Shown in pieces: positions 11,375 to 24,456 of a stretch of DNA of 64,000 nt (position 1 is the stretch's first letter; the number at the start of each line of letters is the position of its first letter). Source of the DNA: Octopus bimaculoides (taxonomy: Eukaryota). The translations under genes were made by a program, and so were the position numbers. The stretch is from contig NC_068988.1 of NCBI RefSeq assembly GCF_001194135.2, positions 73,705,027 through 73,769,026 on the forward strand, read 5' to 3'. The notes beneath the pieces were generated by a model. It did not search any database and was not told the origin of the DNA. It saw nothing but the letters and a program-made list of their open reading frames with translations.

Positions 11375-11910
11375 NNNNNNNNNNNNNNNNNNNNNNNNNN
11401 NNNNNNNNNNNNNNNNNNNNNNNNNNNNNNNNNNNNNNNNNNNNNNNNNNNNNNNNNNNNNNNNNNNNNNNNNNNNNNNNNNNNNNNNNNNNNNNNNNNN
11501 NNNNNNNNNNNNNNNNNNNNNNNNNNNNNNNNNNNNNNNNNNNNNNNNNNNNNNNNNNNNNNNNNNNNNNNNNNNNNNNNNNNNNNNNNNNNNNNNNNNN
11601 NNNNNNNNNNNNNNNNNNNNNNNNNNNNNNNNNNNNNNNNNNNNNNNNNNNNNNNNNNNNNNNNNNNNNNNNNNNNNNNNNNNNNNNNNNNNNNNNNNNN
11701 NNNNNNNNNNNNNNNNNNNNNNNNNNNNNNNNNNNNNNNNNNNNNNNNNNNNNNNNNNNNNNNNNNNNNNNNNNNNNNNNNNNNNNNNNNNNNNNNNNNN
11801 NNNNNNNNNNNNNNNNNNNNNNNNNNNNNNNNNNNNNNNNNNNNNNNNNNNNNNNNNNNNNNNNNNNNNNNNNNNNNNNNNNNNNNNNNNNNNNNNNNNN
11901 NNNNNNNNNN
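11375..11910. other. Assembly gap (N run); others at 13347-14118, 18961-19252, 20643-20661, 61940-62599
   Basis: Runs of n in the sequence. Confidence 1.
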
Positions 11911-12805
11911 AAATAGCACCATTTGAGTGTGATCGTTACCAGCGTCACCTTACTGGCACTTGTGCTGGTGGCACATTAGAAAACATTCGAGCGAGGTTGT
12001 TGTCAGTGCCGCTGGACTGGCTCCTGTGCAGGTAGCATGTAAAAGACACCATTTTGAGAATCCAGCTGTAGAAGCTCTGCCAGATCAGATTGGAGCCTGG
12101 TGCAGCCATCCAGTTCGCCAGTCCTCAGTCAAATCGTCCAACCCATGCTAGCATGGAAAGTGGACGTTAAACGATGGTGATGATGATGATGATAGCTTTC
12201 ATGGCCAATTTTCAAGTCTTATAAGCATTCTATGTAAGAGAATTGTGTTCTCAACAAAAGTGCTTTTATTTATCTAATTGTTTTATGTAGGGTCTTGTGT
12301 CAAAACAGCTTCTTGCTGTAAACACACAATCAGCTAAAATAAAATGGGGCACTTAGAACCATACAGTTTTGAAACTTCCTTGAACTTGTAAATCACATTC
12401 ATCATTAGGAGGTTACTCACAGCTCATAGGTTCCTGAGAAACTTAAGCTGAGAAACTTAAGCTGCATATTTTTTAAATATAGCTAATTGATTAGATGTAA
12501 TGTGTTGTTTGATAAGCTTCTGGTTAAGGTGTTCAACTCTCTTATAGCCTAACTGCATTTGGCTCATATAAATATACTTAATGGATGATTTGTTTCTTTT
12601 TACTGGCTGTTATCATCATCATCATCAAATATCCACCTTCCTTGCTGGCATGGGTAGGTGTCACTAATTTAGAAGTATGTTTATTGACTAGTGTTACATT
12701 ATTCCATTAATTTTTTTCACTATTTTGATGTTTTTAGGAAAATCTAAAGAATTTTTCAAAGTATACATTTTTTAACTGTCATTTTTCATTTGTGTGACAT
12801 TTACC

Positions 12806-12852
<47 letters not shown>

Positions 12853-13123
12853 ATAATGAAGATGCATTATCAAACTGGGCTTGTCACAGGAAATGGAGAA
12901 CAATGCATTTAGATCTCAGTATATCTAGCAGGACATCCCCTTCTTTATGCATGTACCTGATGTAACACAAACTACAAAGATTGATGCAACACTATTAGAT
13001 GCATAAAATCCAACCCATAATGGATAGTTGCAGGATTGGTCGAAACAATTGTCATACTGAATAAAGACTAGTGCGAAATCTAGCTTCTGTTTACTTCATC
13101 AATTACTATTATTTTATATATAT

Positions 13124-14480
13124 CATCATCATCATCATCGTTTAACGTCCGCTTTCCATGCTAGCATGGGTTGGACGATTTGACTGAGGACTGGTGAAAC
13201 CGGATGGCAACACCAGGCTCCAATCTAATTTGGCAGAGTTTCTACAGCTGGATGCCCTTCCTAACGCCAACCACTCAGAGAGTGTAGTGGGTGCTTTTAC
13301 GTGTCACCCGCACGAAAACGGCCACGCTCGAAATGGTGTCTTTTATNNNNNNNNNNNNNNNNNNNNNNNNNNNNNNNNNNNNNNNNNNNNNNNNNNNNNN
13401 NNNNNNNNNNNNNNNNNNNNNNNNNNNNNNNNNNNNNNNNNNNNNNNNNNNNNNNNNNNNNNNNNNNNNNNNNNNNNNNNNNNNNNNNNNNNNNNNNNNN
13501 NNNNNNNNNNNNNNNNNNNNNNNNNNNNNNNNNNNNNNNNNNNNNNNNNNNNNNNNNNNNNNNNNNNNNNNNNNNNNNNNNNNNNNNNNNNNNNNNNNNN
13601 NNNNNNNNNNNNNNNNNNNNNNNNNNNNNNNNNNNNNNNNNNNNNNNNNNNNNNNNNNNNNNNNNNNNNNNNNNNNNNNNNNNNNNNNNNNNNNNNNNNN
13701 NNNNNNNNNNNNNNNNNNNNNNNNNNNNNNNNNNNNNNNNNNNNNNNNNNNNNNNNNNNNNNNNNNNNNNNNNNNNNNNNNNNNNNNNNNNNNNNNNNNN
13801 NNNNNNNNNNNNNNNNNNNNNNNNNNNNNNNNNNNNNNNNNNNNNNNNNNNNNNNNNNNNNNNNNNNNNNNNNNNNNNNNNNNNNNNNNNNNNNNNNNNN
13901 NNNNNNNNNNNNNNNNNNNNNNNNNNNNNNNNNNNNNNNNNNNNNNNNNNNNNNNNNNNNNNNNNNNNNNNNNNNNNNNNNNNNNNNNNNNNNNNNNNNN
14001 NNNNNNNNNNNNNNNNNNNNNNNNNNNNNNNNNNNNNNNNNNNNNNNNNNNNNNNNNNNNNNNNNNNNNNNNNNNNNNNNNNNNNNNNNNNNNNNNNNNN
14101 NNNNNNNNNNNNNNNNNNTTCTAATGTTCAGCTTTTCTCTCAAGATACTTACACTCTGACGGGTATTCACATTGACATTACACATCCAACGGAGCATACT
14201 GGCTTCATTCCTTGCAAGCTTACGTATGTCCTCAGCAGTTACAGCCCATGTTTCACTGCCATGTAGCATGGCTGTTCGTACGCATGCGTCATACAGTCTG
14301 CCTTTTACTCTGAGTGAGAGTCCCTTTGTCGCCAGCAGGGGTAAGAGCTCTCTAAACTTTGCCCAGGCTATTCTTATTCTAGCAGCTACACTTTCAGCGC
14401 ACCCACCCTCACTACTAACTTGGTCGCCCAGATAGCGGAAGCTATCGACTACCTCTAGTTTTTCACCCTGGAATGAGATA
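13124..14480 (-). mobile_element. 5'-truncated RTE-clade LINE, spans an N gap
   Basis: ORF 13343-14497 GEKLEVVDSFRYLGDQVSSEGGCAESVAARIRIAWAKFRELLPLL; catcatcatcgtttaacgtcc tail at 13124. Confidence 0.95.
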
Positions 14481-14499
14481 GAAGTTGAGTCATTCATTT

Positions 14500-16420
14500 C
14501 TATTTTTCCATGAAAATATAACTAACCTTTTTCAAAACATTATATCAACAAAAATAGATATTGGTTCTGAAGCCAACTTCTCTGTCCTCTTCCTCTAGCA
14601 CTATCCCTAGCTTCATCTCCACTATGTCCACCACAAGATTCCCTACCATCCACCCCAACAATCCACTTCATTCTCCCCCTCTTAACACCAAACTTAATGC
14701 TATGTTCCATCTTCCACACCTGACAAAATCATTTCATCCAATGATCTCATTAGATCCCAATTACTCTACAAAACCTACATTTAAAAAATCATATACCGAC
14801 TTTCAAATGAAGGGAGAGAATTCGAGACTTCCAGCTGACATTAGAGCCCCTAAACAACAATACTTGTTTGAAAAAGTGAATAACATCACATCTAGCCAAC
14901 TTGAAGCTACCATAAACACCTATTGGATGAACATCAGCAAAGGCAGAGGATACATGGACACTATTAAATGCAGCTCCATCATAAGAAACAGTAAACTTCC
15001 TAAATGCATAAACCAGGACCAACTTAAAAATTAGCCATACTGATTCTAGTATTAACAGATCTTCTATAAATTCTTTTGCCTCCTATCTAAAAATCTCAAA
15101 CCACTACTTCAATGCTTCCCAGGAGATGTTGAAAGCTCCACCAAAGCCATCAACAAACTGAGAAATCTCAACCCTTCCATACTTAGAAAAAATAACTACC
15201 CTTATAGCTTAGATGTTGTTTTCCTATGCACTTCTAACACCCCCACCCCATTATTAGCTTACTAATCAAACAAATTGGCTCCTCTCACAACCTTAACTTG
15301 AGGGTCACCACTCCAGATAACATTGAACTGTTAACTACTATAATGAACAACACTGTCTTCCAGTCTGTTTACAAATAAATCTTTAGATGCCAGTGGGGTC
15401 AAGCTTGTCAGGTCTACTAGCCATCGCATACACGGACCAGTTAAAATGCAGGGTGCTTGATATTTGTCACTTCTGCACCTTTTTTCACTAAATATATAGA
15501 TGACACTTTCATCATAAGACTCTCTTGCAAAGAGACCCTCAAATATACAAAATAAATAATATTGATGACTACATAAAATTTGAAGTGAAACACCCAAATA
15601 ACACTGTTTCCTTATCACTGCTTGATTTCAGATCTTAAATGTGCATCACAATTCATCCCTACTCATGAGAGCCAAAACAACCTACATAAGAAATCAGATC
15701 CACAAGATATGCAATAAATGCAGTGAGGTAGAAAGCAAAAAGACCAGATCCATGCAATTCTAAAATGTCCTTAAGGAGAATGGTTATCCATGCTCTTTCA
15801 CCAAATGCCAGGACATCATCAGACCAACTAAGAAAATCCATACATCCATCCATGCTCTTTCAACAAATGCCAAGACATCATCAGACCAACTAAGAAAACC
15901 TATACATTCAATAATAACATATGTATTTTTAAACTGTCACACTTTAATGGGAAAATAATGGCTGCAATTCACCAGGCAATCTGTAGACAAGATTGAATAC
16001 ACAGTTGGTACACCCTGTACCCTTTGTGAGGAGGTTTCTAACTAAAAATAGAGCAACACACAACAATGCCATATGCACATTGTCCAACTGCCCAATAAAC
16101 AATGAAAATATATGTCTGCAGTCTTATGAGGTGTATAAAATCACATGTAGTATATACAATGAATCCTACATTAAAAATATTGTCAGACAAGTACACATCT
16201 GGGTTAAAGAATATTTCTATGCTAATGCTTCTTCTATCAAAAGTCTTCTACAAAAATAAATACCACACCCAAGATATCCAAGTTTTTGTTGGCTCCATGA
16301 AACACAAACTGGGAACTTAAGGATAAAAGAAGCCATCATTATTAGCAAAACAAAACACCATATTAACAATGGAACCAACAGCACACTACCATGCATACAC
16401 TACAGAGTAGGAAAGCTTTG
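14500..16420 (+). mobile_element. Decayed Penelope-like element (RT remnants plus GIY-YIG endonuclease)
   Basis: YSLDVVFL RT-like motif near 15205. VYKITCSIYNESYI..VRQVHIWVKE (16130-16210) and IKEAIIISKTKHHINN (about 16322) match the Penelope GIY-YIG pattern. Confidence 0.75.
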
Positions 16421-17254
16421 ATTTCTTTTTCTTGAAGAGGTGTCTTAAGCTCAAATTATTGAAATGCAAGATAAAAGTACAAACTATTGACTTATCTTAT
16501 TTTTATAACTCACATTACTTTGATTTTTCAAAAGCATCAAAACATTTAAGACAGAAGGATGAAAGAGGGACAAACAGACAGAAAATGAAACAAAACCAGA
16601 GAAGTTGTTTGTAAGATATTTTGTTACATCATTTTATATACGTTTCATTGGCAAAAAATGATTAGCCACATAACATAAGTTACGTAATCAAAATGAATTG
16701 TCAAATCTTCAGCAATGTGTAACCTTTATACATAACATTACTAGATTATTGAATTGTTGACAGAAATAGCTACACTGTCACTATCCCTACTATGATTATC
16801 TATAAGATAGTTATTTCTTTCAACAATTCAATAATGTTACATATAAAGGTTAAACATCTCTGAAGATTTAACAATACGTTTTGATTATGTAATTTACATC
16901 ATGTAACTAATAATAATTTGTTGTTAATGAAATGTATATAATTTTCCATATGTACTCTGTTATGCCTGAACTCTAGGTTCATACTAAATGTTACCAGTAC
17001 AATAATATATATGAATATATGTGGAGTTTTAAATATTGGTTATTTGTCATGTAATTTAAGTTTTAAACTGCACAGCATGTATATATAACTAAATACACAC
17101 ACTCACACACACACACCACACACATACATTTATTGATGTAAGATATGTGTTGCTTCTTATTCCTACATTTACATTTAAAAATAGTTTGGCTGTGGTATCC
17201 TTGGGTTGCAACTATTATTTCCTATTTGCTTACCCCTAGAAAATATGAAAAATG

Positions 17255-17450
17255 GCTAATCTTTGCTTCAAACCCCCAAAACATTCCTTTCAACACACAG
17301 CTATGATGCTCCCCTATTACTTCTGCTCATGATCATTGATGCACATATTGTCAGCCACTGAGGGACATGCTCAAGTGGTTATAATCAAGCAACTGACAAG
17401 CAAATCTGTGGTATTGAGCAGAATATTTGCTATAACAATATTACTGCTTC
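17255..17450 (-). repeat. Fragment of the interspersed repeat found at 42828-43992 and 45313-45655
   Basis: gacaagcaaatctgtggtattgagcagaatatttgct is the reverse complement of agcaaatattctgctcaataccacagatttgcttgtc. Confidence 0.8.
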
Positions 17451-18619
17451 AGCAGTAATATTACAATTCAGTGCTGAATCTATCTGAAATGTAATGGAAA
17501 ATAGGTCAGTTTCAAAACATTGATATCCAGGTTACAAAAGCAAAGTTTTAAGGAAATAGTAGTCTTTTCTTTTGAGTTCTCAATAGAAGCAAATAGGAAA
17601 TAACACTTACTGACTAAAAACAAAAAAAATTGCTACACTGTTGCATTATATTTTCCTAATAATATTGCTTAGATAGCTATTTTACTTTATAAGGAGTATT
17701 CTATATAAAACAGCTGTATTTTACAACAAATGCTTTTCTACCCAGCTAAGTTTTATGCAATATAAGAGGTTTCAATGGCTCGCATAGATCACTGGGTTAA
17801 TTAATAGTTATTTAAATAATTTACGTCAAACTATAAAACAACACAAATAAATTCAACCCAAAGAATAAATCAGATACAATACTGAATAAAAGTAATAAAG
17901 TTACACATAAAGTGAAATGCAAACTAAATGTACCATCTACAGAATGCATGAGTAAGGACGTTTCCATGCAACCCTTTAGCCTGCTAGAAACAGTAGATAA
18001 ATATTCCACAAATTTCTGCCTACCCTCATAAAATAGTTGAATACACTAGATATAATATATGGGATGGCTACAGCTAAAAGGTAGGTCAGCTGATAAGGAT
18101 CTGTTAGAGAAATCCATAGCAGCTGAATATGAGTACACCATGAAATAAAGTACCGAGTATGGAAACAATATGAAGTGCTGACTATGATGAAATAAGAAAC
18201 AATTACTTCAAAAGATAAATATATTTCCAGAACTTAAGCACATTTATACAGATAACACAAACATAAACAATTCATAACAGATATTTCCTTTCTTGCATTC
18301 ATAGACCTGAGTTAATTGAAACTCATAAAATACACAGCAACAACAAAACCAATTTCACCACGCATACAACACTGCAAATCTAAACATAGTGAAATACAAC
18401 ACCAATAGCCAAAAAGATACTTCTATGAAACTAAAGAATTTTTCCATCACACATGACATTCAGGTTGCTATTAGAAAACAAAATTACATGTATCCAGAAA
18501 GTTTGCTGCAGGAAAATTCGCCTCAGGATTTTTGGCCATAGGAAAGTTCACCATATAGGAAATTTTGCTGCAAGACAAAAGATGAATTGCTCCCCTTGGT
18601 ATATAATCATTTCAACCAA

Positions 18620-20478
18620 TCTTAATATATAAAGCTGAAGTTGTGTGTCTATGTGAAGCCTTTTTAAAAGTTTATAGAAATCTACATTTTCCACTTTTTC
18701 GTAAAATTTTTTACATCAATGGAATTTTCTCGATGTGAACTTTCCAGTGCAGTAATTAGATTTTTTAAATTCCGTTTACTTTGTGTGATTTAAGGGAGAT
18801 TTAGCTGTTGTTTCTAGCAACTTTTATATTTCTTCCCTTCTACCTGGAACAGCATTCTTACACACGCGCTCAACTGAGAGAGAAAGTGATACATACAACG
18901 TCATAGATTAAACTTTCTTCTCAGTATTCTTTACCTATTTTTCATAACATTGATACGGAANNNNNNNNNNNNNNNNNNNNNNNNNNNNNNNNNNNNNNNN
19001 NNNNNNNNNNNNNNNNNNNNNNNNNNNNNNNNNNNNNNNNNNNNNNNNNNNNNNNNNNNNNNNNNNNNNNNNNNNNNNNNNNNNNNNNNNNNNNNNNNNN
19101 NNNNNNNNNNNNNNNNNNNNNNNNNNNNNNNNNNNNNNNNNNNNNNNNNNNNNNNNNNNNNNNNNNNNNNNNNNNNNNNNNNNNNNNNNNNNNNNNNNNN
19201 NNNNNNNNNNNNNNNNNNNNNNNNNNNNNNNNNNNNNNNNNNNNNNNNNNNNGGTGGGGGACAATTTTCGGAAATTCCACTTAAATTCTTCTTAACTTCC
19301 AGGAAAATGAATATTTTTTCGTGAAATTTTCTACAAATATACCTTGATATATGTACATTTCGAGCATGTAGGAAATTTGAAGGAAACAACTGCAGGTTAT
19401 TTTTGAGAAGTGTTCCCCACTCGGTGGTGTTTTGGAGCAAGTCGTCCATATTTGTTTCATTTTTCTCTATTATGCGCGTATGTGCATCTGTAGATTTCTA
19501 ATGAAGTAATAGGCGGTGAAGAGAAGCCGTCATAAGAAAAATTTTAACTACCTCTATTCCTTTCTCCCCCTCTCTCTACCTCTTCCTTTCTCGCTCTCTC
19601 AAACACATACACGTGCAAGTACACAATCATTCAGTAAAATAGAACTTATGTTCATCAATGTTTTGTAAATATACCACGATTTTCACTAGGGTGTTAGGGT
19701 TGGGGTTAGGGTCTAGGGTTAGGATTAGTGTTACGGTTACGGTTTAAGGGTCAGGGTTAGGGTTTAGGGTTTAGGATCAATGTTACGTTTCCGGTTTTAG
19801 GGTCAGGGTTAGGGTTTTAGGTTAATGTTAGGGTTAGTATTAGGATTAGGTTTAGGATTAGGGCTGGGTAATTGTGCGGGTGTTAATCTGAAAAATTACA
19901 GATATGTGAAAAGTACCGACCCTGCTACCTATTATGACTTTTGTTGTTCTGTTTAATATATACATAGATTATGCCTCCAAAGAAGAGAGTTTGCTGGGGA
20001 AAGAAAGCAACCGGTTTAAAATGACAGCAACAGACTGCAGCAATTCACCACATTCCAGAAACTACTTCGAACATAATGCAAAATGGTGCATCAACATCTT
20101 CTGCCCAATCTGATAGAATTCTGGCAAAACTGTGTAGCAACAGATCGCCAGCAATTGCTTCATCACAAATTGCCGTCCTAGCTCCTGCGAAAAGGGATTA
20201 CCCTGCTATGTATAATCAGGGCAGCGCAAAAAGTTGTTTTGCACAAGCATTTCTATAGCCAATTAGATGGATGAAATTTACGTATGCTTAATAATGTTAC
20301 GCAAAACAGCCTTCGGACCTTCCCTATTAATTTCATCGTCTTCTGAATTATGAACATATTTACATCATAAGGGTTTTTTCTTTGTAAGGCTTTCTTTTTT
20401 AGCTGATTTTCACCTAGCAAGACTTATCGTAGATGGCGTAATAAGTCACACCCGAACAAGGTCGGGTTATACTGCTAG
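18620..20478 (+). mobile_element. Non-autonomous Helitron nested in the left MULE TIR
   Basis: Starts a|tcttaatatataaagctgaag and ends cccgaacaaggtcggg (hairpin) ttatactgCTAG|t. Removing it restores the TIR (caaccaa|taaggg...ataatttcttaactcatttaaaatttctttattca) to match the right TIR. Confidence 0.85.
19687..19864 (+). repeat. Degenerate telomere-like (TTAGGG)n array
   Basis: ttagggttggggttagggtctagggttaggatt...gggtcagggttagggtttagggtttagg. Confidence 0.8.
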
Positions 20479-22971
20479 TAAGGGATAAAATAATTTCTTA
20501 ACTCATTTAAAATTTCTTTATTCATTCAACAATATTTTTTTGTGTAGCAAAATTGTTTGTGGCAAACTTTCAGGATATGATATCATCATCATCATCATGA
20601 TACAATAACTATCTATCTTTATATATGTATGTGTGTGTGTGTNNNNNNNNNNNNNNNNNNNGGGGGGGGTTCTAGGTGATTGAATCAAGTCTAGCACTTA
20701 TTTGAATCTGGTACTAATTATATTATTGATCTTAATTTAACAAACCACTCAGTTGTGAGATGGAATGAAACAATATAAACAATAGATGCAGATGCACACG
20801 AGTAAGTACACATACACTCACTATAGTTATGTATATATTTAACATGTCTTTTTTCAGAGTTAAACATTAGAAAATAAATAAAAATGTATAAATTTATTTT
20901 AAAATATATGAAACTCTTAAAATTGACAAAAAGTCATTTAAAATGTATGCAAATCTAACCAATGCTTCATAAATAAAGTGCTTTCTGCATCGGACTGTAA
21001 TGAAGCATTTTTTGCTGAAGTCTTTCATTGATATCAATACATATTTTCTTCATTAAGACTGCATCTCCTTGATCTAAATCACTCTTTTTCGCTAATGTCT
21101 CTTCCTTTTTAAATTCGTAATAAGTTTCCACAAATTTGGGTGCATATTAGTAATGGAGATTTGCATTGCATTGTGGAACCCTTCTATGCTATTGTTTGTT
21201 CTCATCATATTATTCTAGGTTCTTTCAAAAACATTCCACAATTCAATAGGAAAAGTTGGCTACATTCTTCATCTTTGCTCACCTTGACCTAGTTTTCCTC
21301 CTATATAGTGAGCTTCAAAATATGATACAAATTCTTGGGGCAAATCCTCATCATCAGTTAGTTCAAGAAAACCATCAATAACATCCTGCACTGGAAGAAA
21401 TGCTAATGCAGTGAAGCATTTGATTTTGTTGTTAAATCCTGTATCTGTTTGATAGTGAGAATTTAAACCTAAATCCACAATGTGGTGATAGATATTCTTA
21501 ACCATATGAAATAAACAACCTGTAATATTTGTTGTTGGAAATATATCACAAAAAGCATTGATAGTTGCTTTCTCGAAATCAACCATTAAGGTTTCAGGCT
21601 CTAATGATGGGTGTAAGTCATTCAAAGTGCTAAAAAGTCTTCTGTACTTTGTGATTTACTAGGTAGCAAAACAAAAAGACGAATTATGCTAATATTTTGT
21701 ATAACAATATCTAATGTGAACAACTGATAATATATATCTCCAAGCCCAATCCTTATTATTCTCAGGGACATCTAAGAACCCAGCTTGTGTGCAAAACGCT
21801 CAAATTCTCTCTGGATTACCTTCACCACTATCATATAATAAAAACTTCTCACCATTTTCAAGAAATCTATATTCTTCAGGTATTATATACCCACTTCTTC
21901 TGGTTGAGATCAGGGAGCTTGGTTTTTCGTTTGCTTCCAACCTCTAATATTGCAAGATAATTGCAATGACATCAGCATCAGTGACAACGCATTATCATCT
22001 GAACTAGATGAAATTTCTGCAATTAATGGACTGTGCAGAAGTTTGTGAATTAGTGGCTGGTGATTTCAATTTTGTTTTTGCAATGGAAACTTTTGGTTTT
22101 GAAGGATGAGAAGGATGGCAATGTTCGCTGAATGTTTTACATATTGATAAATTATTTTCCAGCACTCTTGCTTTACATTTTCTATTTTCACATTTCTAAT
22201 GTTTTTTCACTGTATTTTCTATCTATCCTATAAACAAAGTTAAGATCATCAACTAATTTTACACCGCCTCTGATAGTTCCCACTTGATAGACCATTGTAA
22301 TGGGTTGGCTGCACCAAAAAATACTGTCAAGTGAATAAAGAAATTTTAAATGAGTTAAGAAATTACATTACCCACTTCTTATTGGTTGAAACAATTATAT
22401 ACCAAGGGGAGCAATTCATCTTTTGTCTTGTGGCAAACTTTCCTATGGCCAAAAATCCTGCGGCAAACTTTCTTAGAACCAAAATTACAAACCCAACACA
22501 GAAGCCCTCATATCTAAAATAACAATTTGATAAGATAGCCCAAGCCATGGAGAAGGCCTCATAATGTATATAAAAATCATGCATTTCAGTACGATAGATA
22601 TCATAAATTAAACTCAACTGATACCATGGCATAATACACGTTAAAAATGCAAAAGCCAACAATAAATTTAAGAAGCAAATAATCTGAAACTCCTTTCTAC
22701 AATTAACAACTTAATAAAACTGGTATATGCTGACAGCAAACAACACTACGTGTATTAACATAATAAACATATATATGCCAGCTCTAATCCCACCAGGTTA
22801 CTCATCCCGTACACAACAGCTCAACTCACACCAAAATACTATCAGTGGTGGAAATTTCAATGTACAAATCCAGGTACAAAAACGATAACATAAGGGGTGA
22901 CTACTTTGTAATTCTACATATTTGGTATCAATTGATAGGCGAATTCTCTCCCTTATTAAAACAGATTTATT

Positions 22972-23278
22972 ATTTTTTTATGCACCCTTCCGAAGCTTAG
23001 CCAGGCTCATGGACCCGGTTTCTATGGCGTACGTGCCCCCACCACCCAGCTGGACTGGACACCAGTCTATCGCAGCGTTACTCAAGAAACAGGAAGAAAG
23101 AGTGAGAGAAAGTTGTGGCAAAAGAGTACAACAGGGGTCGCCACCACCCCCTGCCGGAGCTTCGTGGAGCTTTAGATGTCTTTGCTCAATAAACACACAC
23201 AACGCCTGGTCTGGGAATCGAAACCGCAATCCTCTGACCGCGAGTCCGCTGCCCTAACCACTGGGCCATTGCGCCTCC
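22972..23278 (-). mobile_element. tRNA-derived SINE, apparently full length
   Basis: The reverse complement starts ggaggcgcaatggcccagtggttagggcagcggactcgcggtc...ggtttcgattccc (A and B boxes), followed by a non-tRNA body and an A-rich tail; CpGs are retained. Confidence 0.85.
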
Positions 23279-24143
23279 AATTAAAACAGATAATGCCATA
23301 AAATTTATTCAATGGAAGAAGATGCAGTAAATGCTTTCTATCACTATTATTATTATTCAATATAACAAATATGGAGAAAGTTCTAACCTAGAACAACTTA
23401 CCACCATTCCTTCTCAATTGGTGTCTGCATCTTCTAAATTCAAACACTGTGCATGAACATTTGGAAAATTTCTTGCTAGTATTCCAGATCTCATGAGTTT
23501 CATGATGCATTAGAATTTACTGCAGATTGTGGCAAAGAAATATTTTCTAAAGGACATTTAGATTAAACCAGTTAATAAGGTTTTGTGAAACATCAACTTT
23601 ATATATAATTTGCAAGCAACAGCAAATAGAATCCATAAATCAATTTCAAAAAATGTCATCATTACAGTATATTTCAGAAATATCATTGGGTATAAGGTTC
23701 CAACTACTTAAAAACAAAATGCTTGACTTAGAAATAGTAGAATAAAAAGCCAGAATATAAAATTAGCTCAAAAGCTAGCATTCATAACAATATTTTTATA
23801 AATACTACTACAGTTATAAAGGAGCATATCAAACAAATTATTTCAGCAGTTGCTTCTCCAAAGTGTTTTTATGGAGAGTATACATACAAACACAGAAAAT
23901 ATCTATCAAGAGATGCCATATGCTACAAGGTTGAGAAAAAAATATTTCAGGTGTGTAAATCAGATAGCCAATAGCCTAAATATTAATTTCTTCACATTTA
24001 TCAAATTCTTTAAATTTAACAAAGCATTGTTTCTCTTAAGAGTTCATTTCCCTTGTTAATGTTAAGAAACCATTGTTTGACAATAAACCATTCAGAAAAA
24101 ATATTTCAAAACCACAGGATTTGTGAAGTTGACATACTATATG

Positions 24144-24456
24144 TTGGACAATTATATAAACAGTAGTCACTGCTGAAATCTAATACTTGGCCAGGAGTTC
24201 ATGTCTCAAAAACTTTCAGTTAGATTTAGTTCAATGGCTTTGAAGATTCCTAGTGTTGACAAATTTTACTTGCCAGAAGATTCAACTAGTCCGTTAAATG
24301 ATGATGATACTAGTTGAATCTTCTGGCAAGTAAAATTTGTCAACACTAGGAATCTTCAAAGCCACTGAATTTAAATCTAACTGAAAGATTTTGAGACATG
24401 AACTCCTGGCCAAGTATTAGATTTCTGCAGTGACTACTGTTTATATAACTGTCCAA
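24144..24456. repeat. Long near-perfect inverted repeat (arms about 147 bp, 18-nt loop)
   Basis: 24144-24290 is the reverse complement of 24309-24456 with about 5-6 differences; loop ccgttaaatgatgatgat. Confidence 0.97.

Larger units (their letters stand above)
10225..12195 (+). mobile_element. 5'-truncated RTE-clade LINE (RT domain, internal Cys-rich finger, GAT tail), spans an N gap
   Basis: ORF 10326-11003 has GVHQGSVLSPLLF and LLYADDL RT motifs; upstream AFVDMEKAFDRV; the 3' end acgttaaacgatggtgatgatgat is at about 12190. Confidence 0.95.
18489..22480 (-). mobile_element. Mutator-like (MULE) DNA transposon with decayed FLYWCH plus MULE transposase
   Basis: Long TIRs (18496-18619 plus 20479-20524 versus 22332-22473). 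Exact 9-bp flanking direct repeat AAAATTACA at 18480-18488 and 22481-22489. ORF 21269-21625 has MVDFEKA and TGCLFH; a FLYWCH-like W..C..H.H pattern lies near 22120-22270. Confidence 0.9.

Noticed and set aside
11259-14497. Long ORFs containing X runs (also 18931-19449 and 61914-62643)
   Set aside because: Artefacts of translating through N gaps; only the RTE portions are real.
15786-15910. Two tandem minus-strand CTGATGA…GAAA motifs suggesting hammerhead ribozymes (also ctgatgacagaaag at about 47440)
   Set aside because: No stem II can form between the motifs. The first pair is a 61-bp duplication inside Penelope coding sequence.
23205-23278. tRNA gene (also the heads at 60667 and 51594)
   Set aside because: They continue into SINE bodies and lack intact cloverleaves, so they are called SINE heads, not functional tRNAs.
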